Source of the DNA: an uncultured delta proteobacterium
Lineage (GTDB): Bacteria; Desulfobacterota; Desulfobacteria; Desulfobacterales; SG8-13
DNA length: 64,000 nucleotides
NCBI GenBank assembly: GCA_963779885.1
Contig: CAWAAN010000024.1
Location: 11,776-75,775, forward strand
Direction: 5' to 3'
The number at the start of each line of letters is the position of its first letter. The first letter of the stretch is position 1. Positions 36,112 through 47,851 of this stretch are shown in pieces. Made by a program: the position numbers and the translations under genes. Below the pieces are notes generated by a model. The model saw only the letters and a list, made by a program, of their open reading frames with translations, made no database searches and was not told the DNA's origin.

Positions 36112-39100
36112 ATGAAAACACGACTGCCATCCCCCCGTACCGAAAAACCGCCCCACGCCCGCCGTGGTCTCTACGACCCGCGCTTCGAGCACGACGCCTG
36201 CGGCATCGGCCTGATCTGCGGCATCAAGGGCCGCCAGTCGCACGCCATCATCCGTGCCGGTTTGAAAATTTAGAAAACTTCAGCCATCGCGGGGCCTGCG
36301 GGTGCGACGAGACCACCGGCGACGGGGCGAGCATCCTGATACAGATGCCGCATGAATTCCTGCGTAACGGCTGCGAGTCCATCGGCGTGGCGCTGCCGGC
36401 GCAAGATCACTATGGCTGCGGCCTGGTTTTCCTGCCACCGGACGACGCCCAGCGGCGCTGGTGCGTCCGGCGGTTCGAGGAGGTTATCCGTCAGGAGGGC
36501 CAGCGGTTTCTGGGATGGCGCCGCACGCCGGTCGACAGCACCGCCCTGGGCCTGCTGGCGCGGCAGCGGGAACCGGTCATCCGCCAGGTTTTTATCGGCC
36601 GCGGGCCGGACATAACCGATACAGCCCATTTCGAGCGCAAGCTGTTCGTCATCCGCAAGGTGATGGAACGCCGCGTGCGCGAATCGGACCTGAGCCAGGC
36701 CTCTTTTTTCATGTCCCCAGCCTCTCCTGCCGCACCCTGGTATACAAGGGCATGCTTCTGGCCGACCAGGTCCAGGCCTATTTCCCCGACCTGGGCCACC
36801 CGGAGATGGTCAGCGCCCTAGCGCTGCGTCCACCAGCGCTACAGCACCAATACCTTTCCGACCTGGGAGCTGGCACACCCGTTTCGCTTCCTGTGCCACA
36901 ACGGCGAGATCAACACACTGCGCGGCAATGTCAACTGGATGCAATGCCCGCCAGTCTCTCTTCGAATCGGCTCTTTTCGGCCGACGATATGGCCAAACTG
37001 TTTCCGGTGGCCACCCCCGGTGCCAGCGATTCGGCCGTCTTCGACAACGCGGTCGAACTGCTGTACCACACCGGACGCTCGCCTGCCGCACGCCATCATG
37101 ATGATGATTCCGGAAGCCTGGCAGAACCATCGAGACAATGAGCGATGACCAAGAAGGCCTTTTATGAATATCACGCCTGCCTGATGGAGCCCTGGGACGG
37201 ACCGGCGGCCATTGCCTTCACCGACGGGACGGTGCGTCGGCGCGGTGCTCGACCGCAACGGCCTGCGCCCGTCGCGCTACACGGTCACCACCGATGACCG
37301 GGTCATCATGGCCTCGGAAACCGGCGTTCTGCCGGTGGCCGCCGGAATTGGTGCGGCACAAGGGGCGCCTGCAGCCCGGGCCGCATGTTCCTGATCGACA
37401 CGGAAAAGGGGCGATTGTCGAGGACGAAGAAATCAAGGACGGAAATCGCGGCCGCCGCCCGTACCGCGCCTGGATAGAGCAGAACCTGGTCGGCCCTCGA
37501 CCACCTGGCCCCGCCGGAGGACGGGCCGGCAGCGGAAGCCCTGCCCCTGGCGGTCCGCCAGCTGGTCTTCGGCGTCAGCGCCGAAGACTTGCGGCATGAT
37601 CCTGGTCCCGATGGCCCGCACCGCCAGCGAGCCGGTCGGCTCGATGGGCGACGACATCCCGCCGGCCATATTGTCTCTTCAGCCCCGCCTTTTATATGAC
37701 TATTTCAAGCAGCTGTTCGCCCAGGTGACCAACCCGCCGCTGGATGCGATCCGGGAGGAGCTGGTGACCTCGCCTGAGAACCACCATCGGCGCGGAAGGC
37801 AAGACCTTTTCAGGAAACGCCCCGGCACTGCCGCCAGCTCCTGCTGACCGGCCCGATTCTGACCGACGCGCGTCTGGCACAGCTGCGCAGGCTCGACCAG
37901 GCCGATCTGCGCGCGGCCGTGCTGCCGATTCTCTTTCCGATCCCAGACGGCTGCCGCGGCCTCGAACAGGCGCTGGGCGACCTGGGCCGCGCCGCGGTCC
38001 GCGCCGTTACCAACGGCGCCACCCTTCTGATCCTCACCGACCGCGGGACCGATGAGCGCCTGGCACCGATCCCGGCCCTGCTGGCCACGGCCGGCCTCCA
38101 CCACCACCTGATCCGGGAAGGCCTGCGCACCCGCTGCGGCCTGGTGGTCGAAACCGGCGAAGCCCGCGAGATCCACCACTGTCTGCTGCCTGCTCGGCTA
38201 CGGCGCCGGGGCCGTCAACCCGTACCTGGCGCTGGAGACCCTGGGGCAAATGGCAGCCGGCGGGGACCTGGCCGAACTGCGACGCGCAAACCGCCGCCGC
38301 CAATTACGTCGAAGGCCGTGGAAAAGGGCATTCTCAAGGTGATGTCCAAGATGGGCATCTCGACCCTGCAGAGCTACCGCGGCGCCCAGATCTTCGAGTG
38401 TGTCGGCCTCGAGCTGAATCCTTCGTCGAGCGCTATTTTACCGGCACCTCCTCCCGGATCGGCGGCGCCGGCCTCGGATCTGATCGCCGAAGAAGTCGGC
38501 CGGCGACACCGTCACGCCGCATTCGTCACGGATCCGATACGGACGCGCCACGGCTGGAAATCGGCGGCAAGTACAAATGGCGCCGCAACGGTGAAGCACC
38601 ACCAGTACACGCCGCTGACCATCGCCAAGCTGCAGCAGGCGGTGCGCGGTGACGACGGCTACGAGCCTGGGCAAGGAATATCAGCGCCCTGGTCGACGAC
38701 CAGAACCGACGCGAAGGCCTCATCCGCGGGTCTGTTCGAACTGCGAGTCCGGCAATGCGCCGGTTCCCCTCGACGAGGTCGAGCCCGTGGACGGATATCG
38801 TCAAGCGATTCAAAACCGGCGCCATGTCCTATGGCTCGATCAGCCAGGAAGCCCACGAGACGCTGGCGATCGCCATGAACCGCATCGGCGGCAGGAGCAA
38901 CTAGCGGCGAGGGCGGCGAGAACCTGGACCGCTACCGGCCCGATGACAACGGCGACTGGCGCAACAGCGCCGATCAAGCAGGTGGCCTCCGGCCGCTTCG
39001 GCGTCACGGGCGACTACCTGGCCAACGCCGAGGACCTGCAGATCAAGATGGCCCAGGGGGCCAAGCCGGGCGAGGGCGGGCAGCTGCCCGGCATTCAAGG

Positions 39101-40728
39101 TCTATCCCTGGATCGCCAGGATCCGCCACTCGACCCCGGATGTCGGCCTGATATCGCCGCCGCCGCACCACGACATCTATTCGATCGAGGATTTGGCCCA
39201 GCTCATACACGATCTGAAAAACGCCAACCCGCGCGCGCGCATCAACGTCAAGCTGGTTTCGGAAGTGGGCGTCGGAACGGTGGCGGCCGGCGTCGCCAAG
39301 GGCAAGGCCGATGTGATCCTGATCAGCGGCGAGACGGGCGGGACCGGCGCCTCGCCGCAGGGCTCGCATCCGTCATGCCGGCTTACCCTGGGAGCTGGGC
39401 CTGGCCGAGGCGCAGCAGACGCTGCTGCTGAACGGTCTGCGCAGCCGGGTCGGTGCTGGAGACGCGACGGCCAGCTGAAGACCGGCCGCGACGTGGCCAT
39501 CGCCGCCCTGCTGGGCGCCGAGGAATTCGGCTTCGCCACGGTCGCCGCTGATCGCCCTTGGCTGCATCATGATGCGCGTCTGCCACCTGAATACCTGCCC
39601 GGTCGGCATCGCCACCCAGGACCCGCGAGCTGCGCAAGAAGTTCGCCGGCAAGCCCGAGCATGTCGATCAACTTGATGCGCTTTATCGCCGAGGAACTGC
39701 GCGCGATAATGGCCGAGCTCGGCTACCGGCACCTGGACGAGATGGTCGGCCGGGTCGAGCATGCTGAACGGTCGCAGCGGCTATCGATCACTGGAAAGCC
39801 CGGGGCCTCGATTTTTCCAGCGATCCTCTACCAGCCCGGAGCAGCCGCCGGAGATGCGCCGCCACCTGCCGAGTGCGGAACAGGACCACGGGCTCGAGAA
39901 GGCCCTGGACCACGGCCTGATTCGTAAACTGCCGTCCAGCGCTTGAAACACGGCACGCGCGTGGAACTGGAGCTGCCGATCCGCAACGTTAACCGCACCG
40001 TCGGCACGCATGCTCGGCTAGCGAAATCTCCCGCCGCTACGGGGACAGAAGGCCTGCCCGAAGACACCATCGTCATTCGCGCTCGCCGGCAGCGCCGGAC
40101 AGAGTTTCGGCGCCTTCGTGCGCGGCCGGGCATGACCATCCATCTTGAGCGGCGATGCCAACGATTACTTCGGCAAGGGGCTCTCCGGCGGCCAGGCTGA
40201 TCGTCAGCCCGCCCGCCGGCAGCCGCTTTGCGGCCGGAGGAAAACATCATCATCGGCAACGTCGCCCTCTACGGCGCAACCGCCGGCGAGGCCTACATCC
40301 GCGGTGTGGCCGGCGAACGCTTCGGCGTGCGCAACAGCGGCGCCCGGGCCGTGGTGGAAGGCGTCGGCGACCACGGCTGCGAATACATGACCGGCGGACG
40401 GGTCGTGGTGCTGGGGCCCACCGGCCGCAACTTCGCCGCCGGCATGAGCGGCGGGATCGCCTATGTTCTCGACGACGCAGGGGATTTTTCGCTTTTGCGC
40501 TGCAACCCGGAAATGGTCGCACTGGAAGCCGTCTCTACCGGCGACCAACCGGAGCTGCGCAACCTGATCGAAAACCACTATAGATACACCCACAGCAAGG
40601 TCGCCGAAAGGATCTTGACCCACTGGGACGAGACCCTTCCCCGTTTCGTCAAGGTCATCCCGGTCGACTACAAACGCGCGCTGCGGGAATCGGCCGCCGA
40701 ACAAGACCCCACTCCCCCGGCCGGCTGA
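36112..40728 (+). pseudogene. gltB: glutamate synthase large subunit, disrupted by many frameshifts
   Basis: GltB segments are recognisable in all three forward frames. Examples are FEHDACGIG (Ntn Cys), HRGACG..TGDG, LSCRTLVYKGML, VHQRYSTNTFPTWELAHPF and CHNGEINTLRGN. Further examples are [29 protein letters not shown] and GILKVMSKMGISTLQSYRGAQIFE, plus the C-terminal [12 protein letters not shown] traced at least 10 frame switches between 36271 and 37400. Confidence 0.85.
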
Positions 40729-40737
40729 ACCAAACGG

Positions 40738-40803
40738 GTGCAAACCGGCTCAACGGGCTCAACCGGCTCAACGACCAACGGACACAACGGACACAACGGA
40801 GAA
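40738..40803 (+). repeat. 9-nt-periodic tandem array filling the gltB-gltD spacer
   Basis: GGCTCAACG GGCTCAACC GGCTCAACG ACCAACGG ACACAACGG ACACAACGG AGAACAC, followed by the ATG. The gltD ribosome-binding site GGAG is part of the last unit. Confidence 0.7.
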
Positions 40804-40806
40804 CAC

Positions 40807-42270
<1,464 letters not shown>

Positions 42271-42445
42271 AGCGCCGGGTTTTCTTTCGGGTGTATTTAT
42301 GGCATACTATTTAGCGGGGCGTGTCTTTAAAACAACGAAGTCGACGCTCGGCAGTCAAAGAGCGCCCGCTTTGTCGATTCCTGAAAAAAATAATCAATAA
42401 ACCAGGCGGTATCGACGCGGCCGGTGCCGGAAAGGAGACGGAAAG

Positions 42446-42709
42446 TTGACCGAAACGTGGCAAAATGATCTCAACTGCGCCTTGGCGTGCACGCGCTGCA
42501 ATGAAGCCCTGAAGGCCGATGATCGTCGGATTCTGTCGGTTTACGACCATCAACCGATCTGCATGGACTGCAAGAAGAATGAAGAAGAACGGGCCGACTA
42601 TGCCCAGGTGTCGCAGCACATGATCGGGACCTGCATGGCCGAAACCGAACGCCAGTACAGCGATCCGGGCGGATACTGCTTTTATCACTTCTACCCTTTT
42701 AAATGCTGA
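42446..42709 (+). CDS. small cysteine-rich protein, unknown function
   Basis: 87 aa. TTG start follows GGAAAGGAGA. Contains CxxxCxxC and CxxC pairs. Confidence 0.5.
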   Translation: MTETWQNDLNCALACTRCNEALKADDRRILSVYDHQPICMDCKKNEEERADYAQVSQHMIGTCMAETERQYSDPGGYCFYHFYPFKC

Positions 42710-42820
42710 GCGGCCGCCGGTGTCGATGCCCGATGACAGCCGGTGCGCGGCACGGCGGGTGTTTCGCGCGCTGATGTTCCCCGCTTTCGGGCAAAAGACC
42801 CCAACCGTCAAGGAATTTGA

Positions 42821-44134
42821 ATGAGAAAAAAAACGACCCCGGCCAGGGCCGGGAGTGCTTCGCCGTCTGCGGCAAACAGGCCCGTCGACGAACTCGAGCG
42901 GGCCGTCGAGGCCCTTCACGTCAGTGAGGAGAAGTACCGCACGGTCATCGAAAACATCGAAGACGGGTACTACGAAGTCGACTTGTCCGGCAATTTCACT
43001 TTTTTCAACCACGCCATGGCCCGTATCACCGGTTTTGCCAGCAACGAACTGCTGGGGATGAACAACCGGGACATGATGGACAAGTTCAACACCACCCAGG
43101 TGTTTCAGGTTTTCAACCAGGTCTACCAAACCGGTCTGGCCACCAGGGCCTTTGATTGGCAGCTGATCCGCAAGGACGGCTCCCGGCGTGTCCTGGAAGT
43201 GTCGATCAGCTTGAAGAAGTCGATCTCCGGCGAACCGGTCGGTTTCATGGGCATCGCGCGCGATGTCACGCAGCGCAAGTTGATGGAGCAGGCCCTGCGG
43301 GACAGCGAAGAAAAATACCGCATGATCATCGAGAACATCGAAGACGGGTACTATGAAGTCGACTTGTCCGGCAATTTCACTTTTTTCAACGAGGCCCTCG
43401 CCCGCATCACCGGCTACAGACGCACGGAACTGCTGGGCAAGAACAACCGCGCCATCATGGACTCATTCAACGCCAAGCGTGTCATGGCCCTTTTCAGCGG
43501 CGTTTACAACACCGGCCTGGCGACCAAGGCCTTCGATTGGGAACTGATCCGCAAAGACGGCGCCAAGCGCTACGTCGAGGTGTCGGTCTCACTGAAACGC
43601 GATCTGAAGGGTCATCCGGTGGGTTTCATGGGCATCGCACGGGACATCACTGAGCGCCGGGAAACCGAAGAACTGCTGCGCCGCAGCGAAGAGAAATTGC
43701 GCGGCAAGACCCGCAACCTCGAGGAAGTCAACACGGCGCTGACGGTTCTGTTAAAAAAACGCGAGGACGACAAGCGCGACCTCGAGCAGACCGTGCTGAC
43801 CAATCTGAACGACATGGTCAAGCCCTACCTGGAGAGGGTCAAGGCCCGCGCCAGTGACACCCGGCAAAAAAACAACCTGGCGGTCCTGGAAGAAAACCTC
43901 AACGCGATTACCTCGCCCTTTTCCTATCGCCTCTCTTCCCGTTATCTGAACCTGACGTCATCTGAAATCGAAATCGCCAACCTCGTCAAGCAGGGAAAAA
44001 GCACCAAGGACATTGCCGACCTGCTGAGCGTCTCCGGCAAGACGATCGAGGTCCATCGCCTCAACATCCGCAAGAAACTGGGGTTGAGCAATAAAAAGGC
44101 CGGTTTGAGAACCCACCTGATGTCGGTTCGCTGA
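42821..44134 (+). CDS. PAS-PAS-LuxR(GerE) transcriptional regulator
   Basis: Two 127-codon PAS units, a coiled-coil linker and a C-terminal LTSSEIEIANLVKQGKSTKDIADLLSVSGKTIEVHRLNIRKKLG helix-turn-helix. Confidence 0.85.
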   Translation: MRKKTTPARAGSASPSAANRPVDELERAVEALHVSEEKYRTVIENIEDGYYEVDLSGNFTFFNHAMARITGFASNELLGMNNRDMMDKFNTTQVFQVFNQVYQTGLATRAFDWQLIRKDGSRRVLEVSISLKKSISGEPVGFMGIARDVTQRKLMEQALRDSEEKYRMIIENIEDGYYEVDLSGNFTFFNEALARITGYRRTELLGKNNRAIMDSFNAKRVMALFSGVYNTGLATKAFDWELIRKDGAKRYVEVSVSLKRDLKGHPVGFMGIARDITERRETEELLRRSEEKLRGKTRNLEEVNTALTVLLKKREDDKRDLEQTVLTNLNDMVKPYLERVKARASDTRQKNNLAVLEENLNAITSPFSYRLSSRYLNLTSSEIEIANLVKQGKSTKDIADLLSVSGKTIEVHRLNIRKKLGLSNKKAGLRTHLMSVR

Positions 44135-44164
44135 AGAGCCGCCGGACAACAATGGAAACCTGAC

Positions 44165-44345
44165 ACTCGAAACTTGAAACTCAAAGTCATTTGCTCAAAG
44201 GATTTTTCGAAAGTCCCCCTTTGAAAAAGGGGGATATAGGGGGATTTTAAGTGGTCATAAAAAATCCCCCCGGCCCCCCTTTTCCAAAGGGGGGAAGTAT
44301 TAAGCCTTAAGTTTAAGTTAATGGCATGGACTCGAAACTTGAAAC
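44165..44345. mobile_element. MITE-like insert flanked by 16-nt direct repeats
   Basis: ACTCGAAACTTGAAAC occurs at 44165-44180 and 44330-44345. The interior has the G/C-run hairpins TCCCCCTTTGAAAAAGGGGGA and CCCCCCTTTTCCAAAGGGGGG. Confidence 0.45.
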
Positions 44346-44461
44346 CCAGAACCCTCACCCTGACCCACAGCCGGTGACGGCGTCTGCGTGCCTGGTGGGG
44401 CCACTTCGCGCCGTAAGCCGCGTGGATAAAAAGACCGAAACTTTGTTGGGTTTCGTTTGAC

Positions 44462-45385
44462 TTAACCCGACCTTGATTTGAACCCGCCGCGGTCGAAAGC
44501 CAGACGGGCAGCGGCCAGGTCGAACATGGCGTGTCCGACGCTCTTGAAGATCACCGGTCCGCCGTCCGGCCGCTGTTTTGTGATCGCTTCTTCCAGCGGT
44601 CTGACCCGCTCCCAGTCAATCCCGGCCTGTATGAAATCACCGCCCTCGGCCCGAACGCCCTCCAGCGTATCGGCAAAAAGCCGGCCGCGGCGTACCCACT
44701 CGACCGGCAGTTCGGCCATTGAGGCGGTGAATGCGCCGACGGCCGCCACGAAGGCATCCGGTCGCAGCACCCCGCCGAGGACTGGTGAAACGCTGCTGGT
44801 GGCTGTCACGATGAGGGTCACGTCCTTGAGGACCGTTTCCGGACAGTCGATGACCTTGACCCGCACACCGCGTGCCTGCGCCAGGCACGCCAGTTTTTCG
44901 GCTTTGGCACGGGTTCGCGAGGCGATGAACAGCTGTCTGACGCCCAAAACCTCGCTGAAAGCCTCCACGTGCGCGCGGGCTTGAGTACCGGCCCCCACGA
45001 TGAGCAGCGGTCCCGCGGGATCGGGCGCCAGTCGACCGGCCGCCAAGGCGCTAACGGCCGCCGTGCGTCGGGCCGTCACCGTTATCCCGTCCAGAATTCC
45101 CAGTCGCCGGCCGCTGGCAGCCTCCATGACGATGACTTCGCCCTGGATGGCCGGCAGGCTTTCGTTCCGGTTCTCCGGATGAACGGTGACAAGCTTCGTG
45201 ATGGCGATCTCCCCGTCCGAGGCGGGCATCAACAAAAGACTTCCCCCGGCGGCAATCGACACCACCATCCGCTCCGGCGCGACTATCCGGCCGGCCCGGT
45301 GCGCCTGGAGCGTGTCGGCCAGGATATCGCAAAGAGCCGGATACGGCAGCGACTGCCGGGTCTGGGCGGCGTTGAAAATTTTCAT
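44462..45385 (-). CDS. ornithine cyclodeaminase / mu-crystallin family protein
   Basis: About 307 aa counted from MKIFNAAQTR. NAD motif LLIVGAGTQA. Confidence 0.85.
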   Translation of the reverse strand: MKIFNAAQTRQSLPYPALCDILADTLQAHRAGRIVAPERMVVSIAAGGSLLLMPASDGEIAITKLVTVHPENRNESLPAIQGEVIVMEAASGRRLGILDGITVTARRTAAVSALAAGRLAPDPAGPLLIVGAGTQARAHVEAFSEVLGVRQLFIASRTRAKAEKLACLAQARGVRVKVIDCPETVLKDVTLIVTATSSVSPVLGGVLRPDAFVAAVGAFTASMAELPVEWVRRGRLFADTLEGVRAEGGDFIQAGIDWERVRPLEEAITKQRPDGGPVIFKSVGHAMFDLAAARLAFDRGGFKSRSG

Positions 45386-45494
45386 AAAACCGGCGGATGG
45401 ATCCATCGGCGCTCTCTCCTTGTTACCGGTTGGCTGTAAACGACTCGCATAAAGTCAACGCCAGCATTCACATGGGCACCGAGAACATTGGTCC

Positions 45495-45521
45495 TTGACA
45501 TGCGGGTGAATAAAGTATAAA
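45495..45521 (+). promoter_or_regulatory. candidate sigma-70 promoter for the PilZ gene
   Basis: TTGACA (45495-45500), then a 15-nt spacer and TATAAA (45516-45521). Alternatively a 17-nt spacer and TAAAAA. The spacing is suboptimal. Confidence 0.3.
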
Positions 45522-45609
45522 AATATCAATTGATTGTCTGTTAGCAGCTTCGATCCCAACCTTTACAATAGTCCGGCCGCGGCCACTTGATTTGAGCGAA
45601 AATTGCATC

Positions 45610-45969
45610 ATGTCAGACACGGATAAACGAAAGCATCCGCGCGTGCAGACCCACAATGTGGTGTCCTATATCTGTCTCGACGCCGATGGACGGCAGATCG
45701 CCGAGGGGATGGGAACCACGGTCGACATCAGCCAGGGCGGCACCCTGCTTGAAACCAGTTGTCCGATCGATGCCGAATACATTCTGCTGATGTCGATCGA
45801 TCTGGACAACAACATGGTCGAAACCAAGGGCAAAGTCGCCCATTCACGGTTGGTGGCGCCTGGGAAATATTTGACCGGCATTCAGTTTCTCGGCGAGCGC
45901 GAAGAAGTCACGCGCGTCGTCAAGAACTTCATCATCGACTATCACAGCCGTAAGAACAAAAGCCGTTAG
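45610..45969 (+). CDS. single-domain PilZ protein (paralogue of 24312-24716)
   Basis: KRKHPRV and DISQGGTLLE motifs. The architecture matches the other PilZ: ...NNMVETKGKVAHSR... versus ...NNLIEIVGKVIFSR... Confidence 0.8.
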   Translation: MSDTDKRKHPRVQTHNVVSYICLDADGRQIAEGMGTTVDISQGGTLLETSCPIDAEYILLMSIDLDNNMVETKGKVAHSRLVAPGKYLTGIQFLGEREEVTRVVKNFIIDYHSRKNKSR

Positions 45970-46047
45970 CCGCGGACACCGGGCCGCCGCTCAAGGCCCG
46001 GATTGCGGACGGGTTGAACCGGTGGCTGTCATCGGAAGGATGTGACC

Positions 46048-46653
46048 ATGCTCAAACGATCATTTACCGTCATGGCGCTTTTTTTCGTGCTGCAGGTGCC
46101 GGCGTCGGCCGACCGGGTATTTGTCTGGACGGACGCCAAGGGCGTCAAGCATTTCAGCAATACCGGCCCATCGGAGGCGACCGTCTCCTTTGAGCAGAAA
46201 GAGGAACTGACACCCGCCGCGAACCCGGGCGGCCAGCCCGCCCGACATCGGTCCGGACCGGTGCCGCAGCCAGGCGCCGACAGCGAGCCGGCGGCCGCCG
46301 CCGAACCGCCACCCGCCGACACCGAAACGGACCCGGATGCCGAGTATCTCGAGGCCACCCGCCTCGATCTGGCCCTCTTTCCGATGCCGCAGGGCGAAAT
46401 CGTTCGGCGCGAAAAATCGATCATGGGTGATTTGCAGGACGAGCTGCGCCAGGGCGGCAACCGGCAGCAGATCATCGATCGCGAAAAAAAACGCCTGGCA
46501 CTCGCCGTTCAGGATTTGGACGCCGCACCGCTTGATAAATTCGGCTCACAGAAGAACAAGCGCCGGCAGGTGGGCTATTTCAAGTACCGCCTGGAAAAAT
46601 TGCTCTCCGATCCGGATGGCTACTTCGCCTATCCCGAGTCGGAATCCGATTGA
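46048..46653 (+). CDS. secreted DUF4124-like protein
   Basis: Signal peptide, then VFVWTDAKGVKHFSNTGP, which is the DUF4124 signature as I recall it. A Pro/Ala-rich linker follows. Confidence 0.6.
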   Translation: MLKRSFTVMALFFVLQVPASADRVFVWTDAKGVKHFSNTGPSEATVSFEQKEELTPAANPGGQPARHRSGPVPQPGADSEPAAAAEPPPADTETDPDAEYLEATRLDLALFPMPQGEIVRREKSIMGDLQDELRQGGNRQQIIDREKKRLALAVQDLDAAPLDKFGSQKNKRRQVGYFKYRLEKLLSDPDGYFAYPESESD

Positions 46654-46810
46654 CGACCGGCGACCAGCCGAAACATTAAATCGCTTTCATCCGCCAACCC
46701 TGAACCTATAACCCTAACCTTATCTGTGCCGAGCACCCGTCCGGAATCTTTTTAAGGTCACCGATCAGCTCTCATGCTGTTTATGCCACTTTGGGGATGC
46801 CCCACGCCCC

Positions 46811-47821
46811 TCACGGCCGCGGGATCTCCCGCAGCACCGATTCGATTCTCACCGGGGCCGGCACCAGGCCCTGGGTCACCATAATCTGTTCGGTTTGCTT
46901 CCAGGCCGCCGTATCGATCGTACCGATCGGAATGGCCGGGTCGGGCTGCACCAGGCTCCGGGTGACCGCCAGCTCCTCTCGCAGGACACCCTGCGAGGAG
47001 TCCTTATCATAGCGGCGCAATGTTTCCAGGGCCCGGTCGGCATTGGCCGGCTCCAGCGCCGACCGCCAGCCCTTCAGCAGGGCCGTGGTGAACTTGCGCA
47101 CGGTTTGCGGATCGCGCGCGATCATTTTTCCGGATGTCACCAGAGAGTTGGCCACAAACCGCACGCCGTAGTCGGCCGGGTTGAAAAAGGCGAAGGCATC
47201 ACCGGAACCGCGCAGCTTCTCCGCCAGAAACACGGCCTGGGTGTTGCGGTAAACGGGCCAGAAATTGACGGCTTTCTGGATGAACGGCGTGTAGTCGTAG
47301 CGCACGCTGTAGAGCGTCACGTCGGCTTCGGTAAGCCCCGCCCGGGCCAGCAGGGTCTTTAAGATGGTTTCGTCGTTACCGCCGAAGGTCACGCCCAGCA
47401 CCCGGCCTTTCAAATCCGAGAGGCCGGCGATTTTGATCTGGTCCGGCCGGTAGATCCACTGCAGCGGATTGACCTGAAAAAATTGGGCGAGAACGACGAC
47501 ATCGACCCCTTTCGACAGGGCCCGGATCACCTGATCGGCGGACGCCACGCCGAATTGCGCCCGCCCCAGCTCGATTTCCCGCAGGGCGTCGCGCTCCGGT
47601 CCGCCTTCCCTGATCTCGACCTCAAGCCCTTCGGCCGCGAAAAACCGGTGGGCCTCGGCGTAGAGATCGCCCACGACACTGGTGTTGAAGAGCCATTTGA
47701 GCCGGTAGACGATCGTATCGTCGGACGCGTCCTTCCTGCCGCAGCCGGCGCCGACAAAAAGGATCAGGACCAAAACGGCCAACCGCAGGCCTTCACAGTG
47801 TTTGTTTCCGATTCCCGGCAT
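46811..47821 (-). CDS. ABC transporter substrate-binding lipoprotein (NMT1/THI5-SsuA/TauA-like)
   Basis: Lipobox LFVGAGC. Periplasmic-binding fold with typical length and segments. It is the last gene of the ABC operon. Confidence 0.8.
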   Translation of the reverse strand: MPGIGNKHCEGLRLAVLVLILFVGAGCGRKDASDDTIVYRLKWLFNTSVVGDLYAEAHRFFAAEGLEVEIREGGPERDALREIELGRAQFGVASADQVIRALSKGVDVVVLAQFFQVNPLQWIYRPDQIKIAGLSDLKGRVLGVTFGGNDETILKTLLARAGLTEADVTLYSVRYDYTPFIQKAVNFWPVYRNTQAVFLAEKLRGSGDAFAFFNPADYGVRFVANSLVTSGKMIARDPQTVRKFTTALLKGWRSALEPANADRALETLRRYDKDSSQGVLREELAVTRSLVQPDPAIPIGTIDTAAWKQTEQIMVTQGLVPAPVRIESVLREIPRP

Positions 47822-47851
47822 CGATAATCCTATAACCCTGTGTAGCCGCCA

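Noticed and set aside
36112-40728. Programmed ribosomal frameshifting or split-gene organisation as an explanation for gltB
   Set aside because: There are far too many frame changes, in both directions, with no slippery-site pattern. The fragments preserve colinear order with no ribosome-binding sites or start codons of their own.
40738-40806. GTG 40738 as the gltD start, adding STGSTGSTTNGHNGHNGEH
   Set aside because: GltD families begin at M-x-K-P-T-G-F. The extension is just the translated 9-nt repeat. I kept it as a question in the findings rather than as the gene call.
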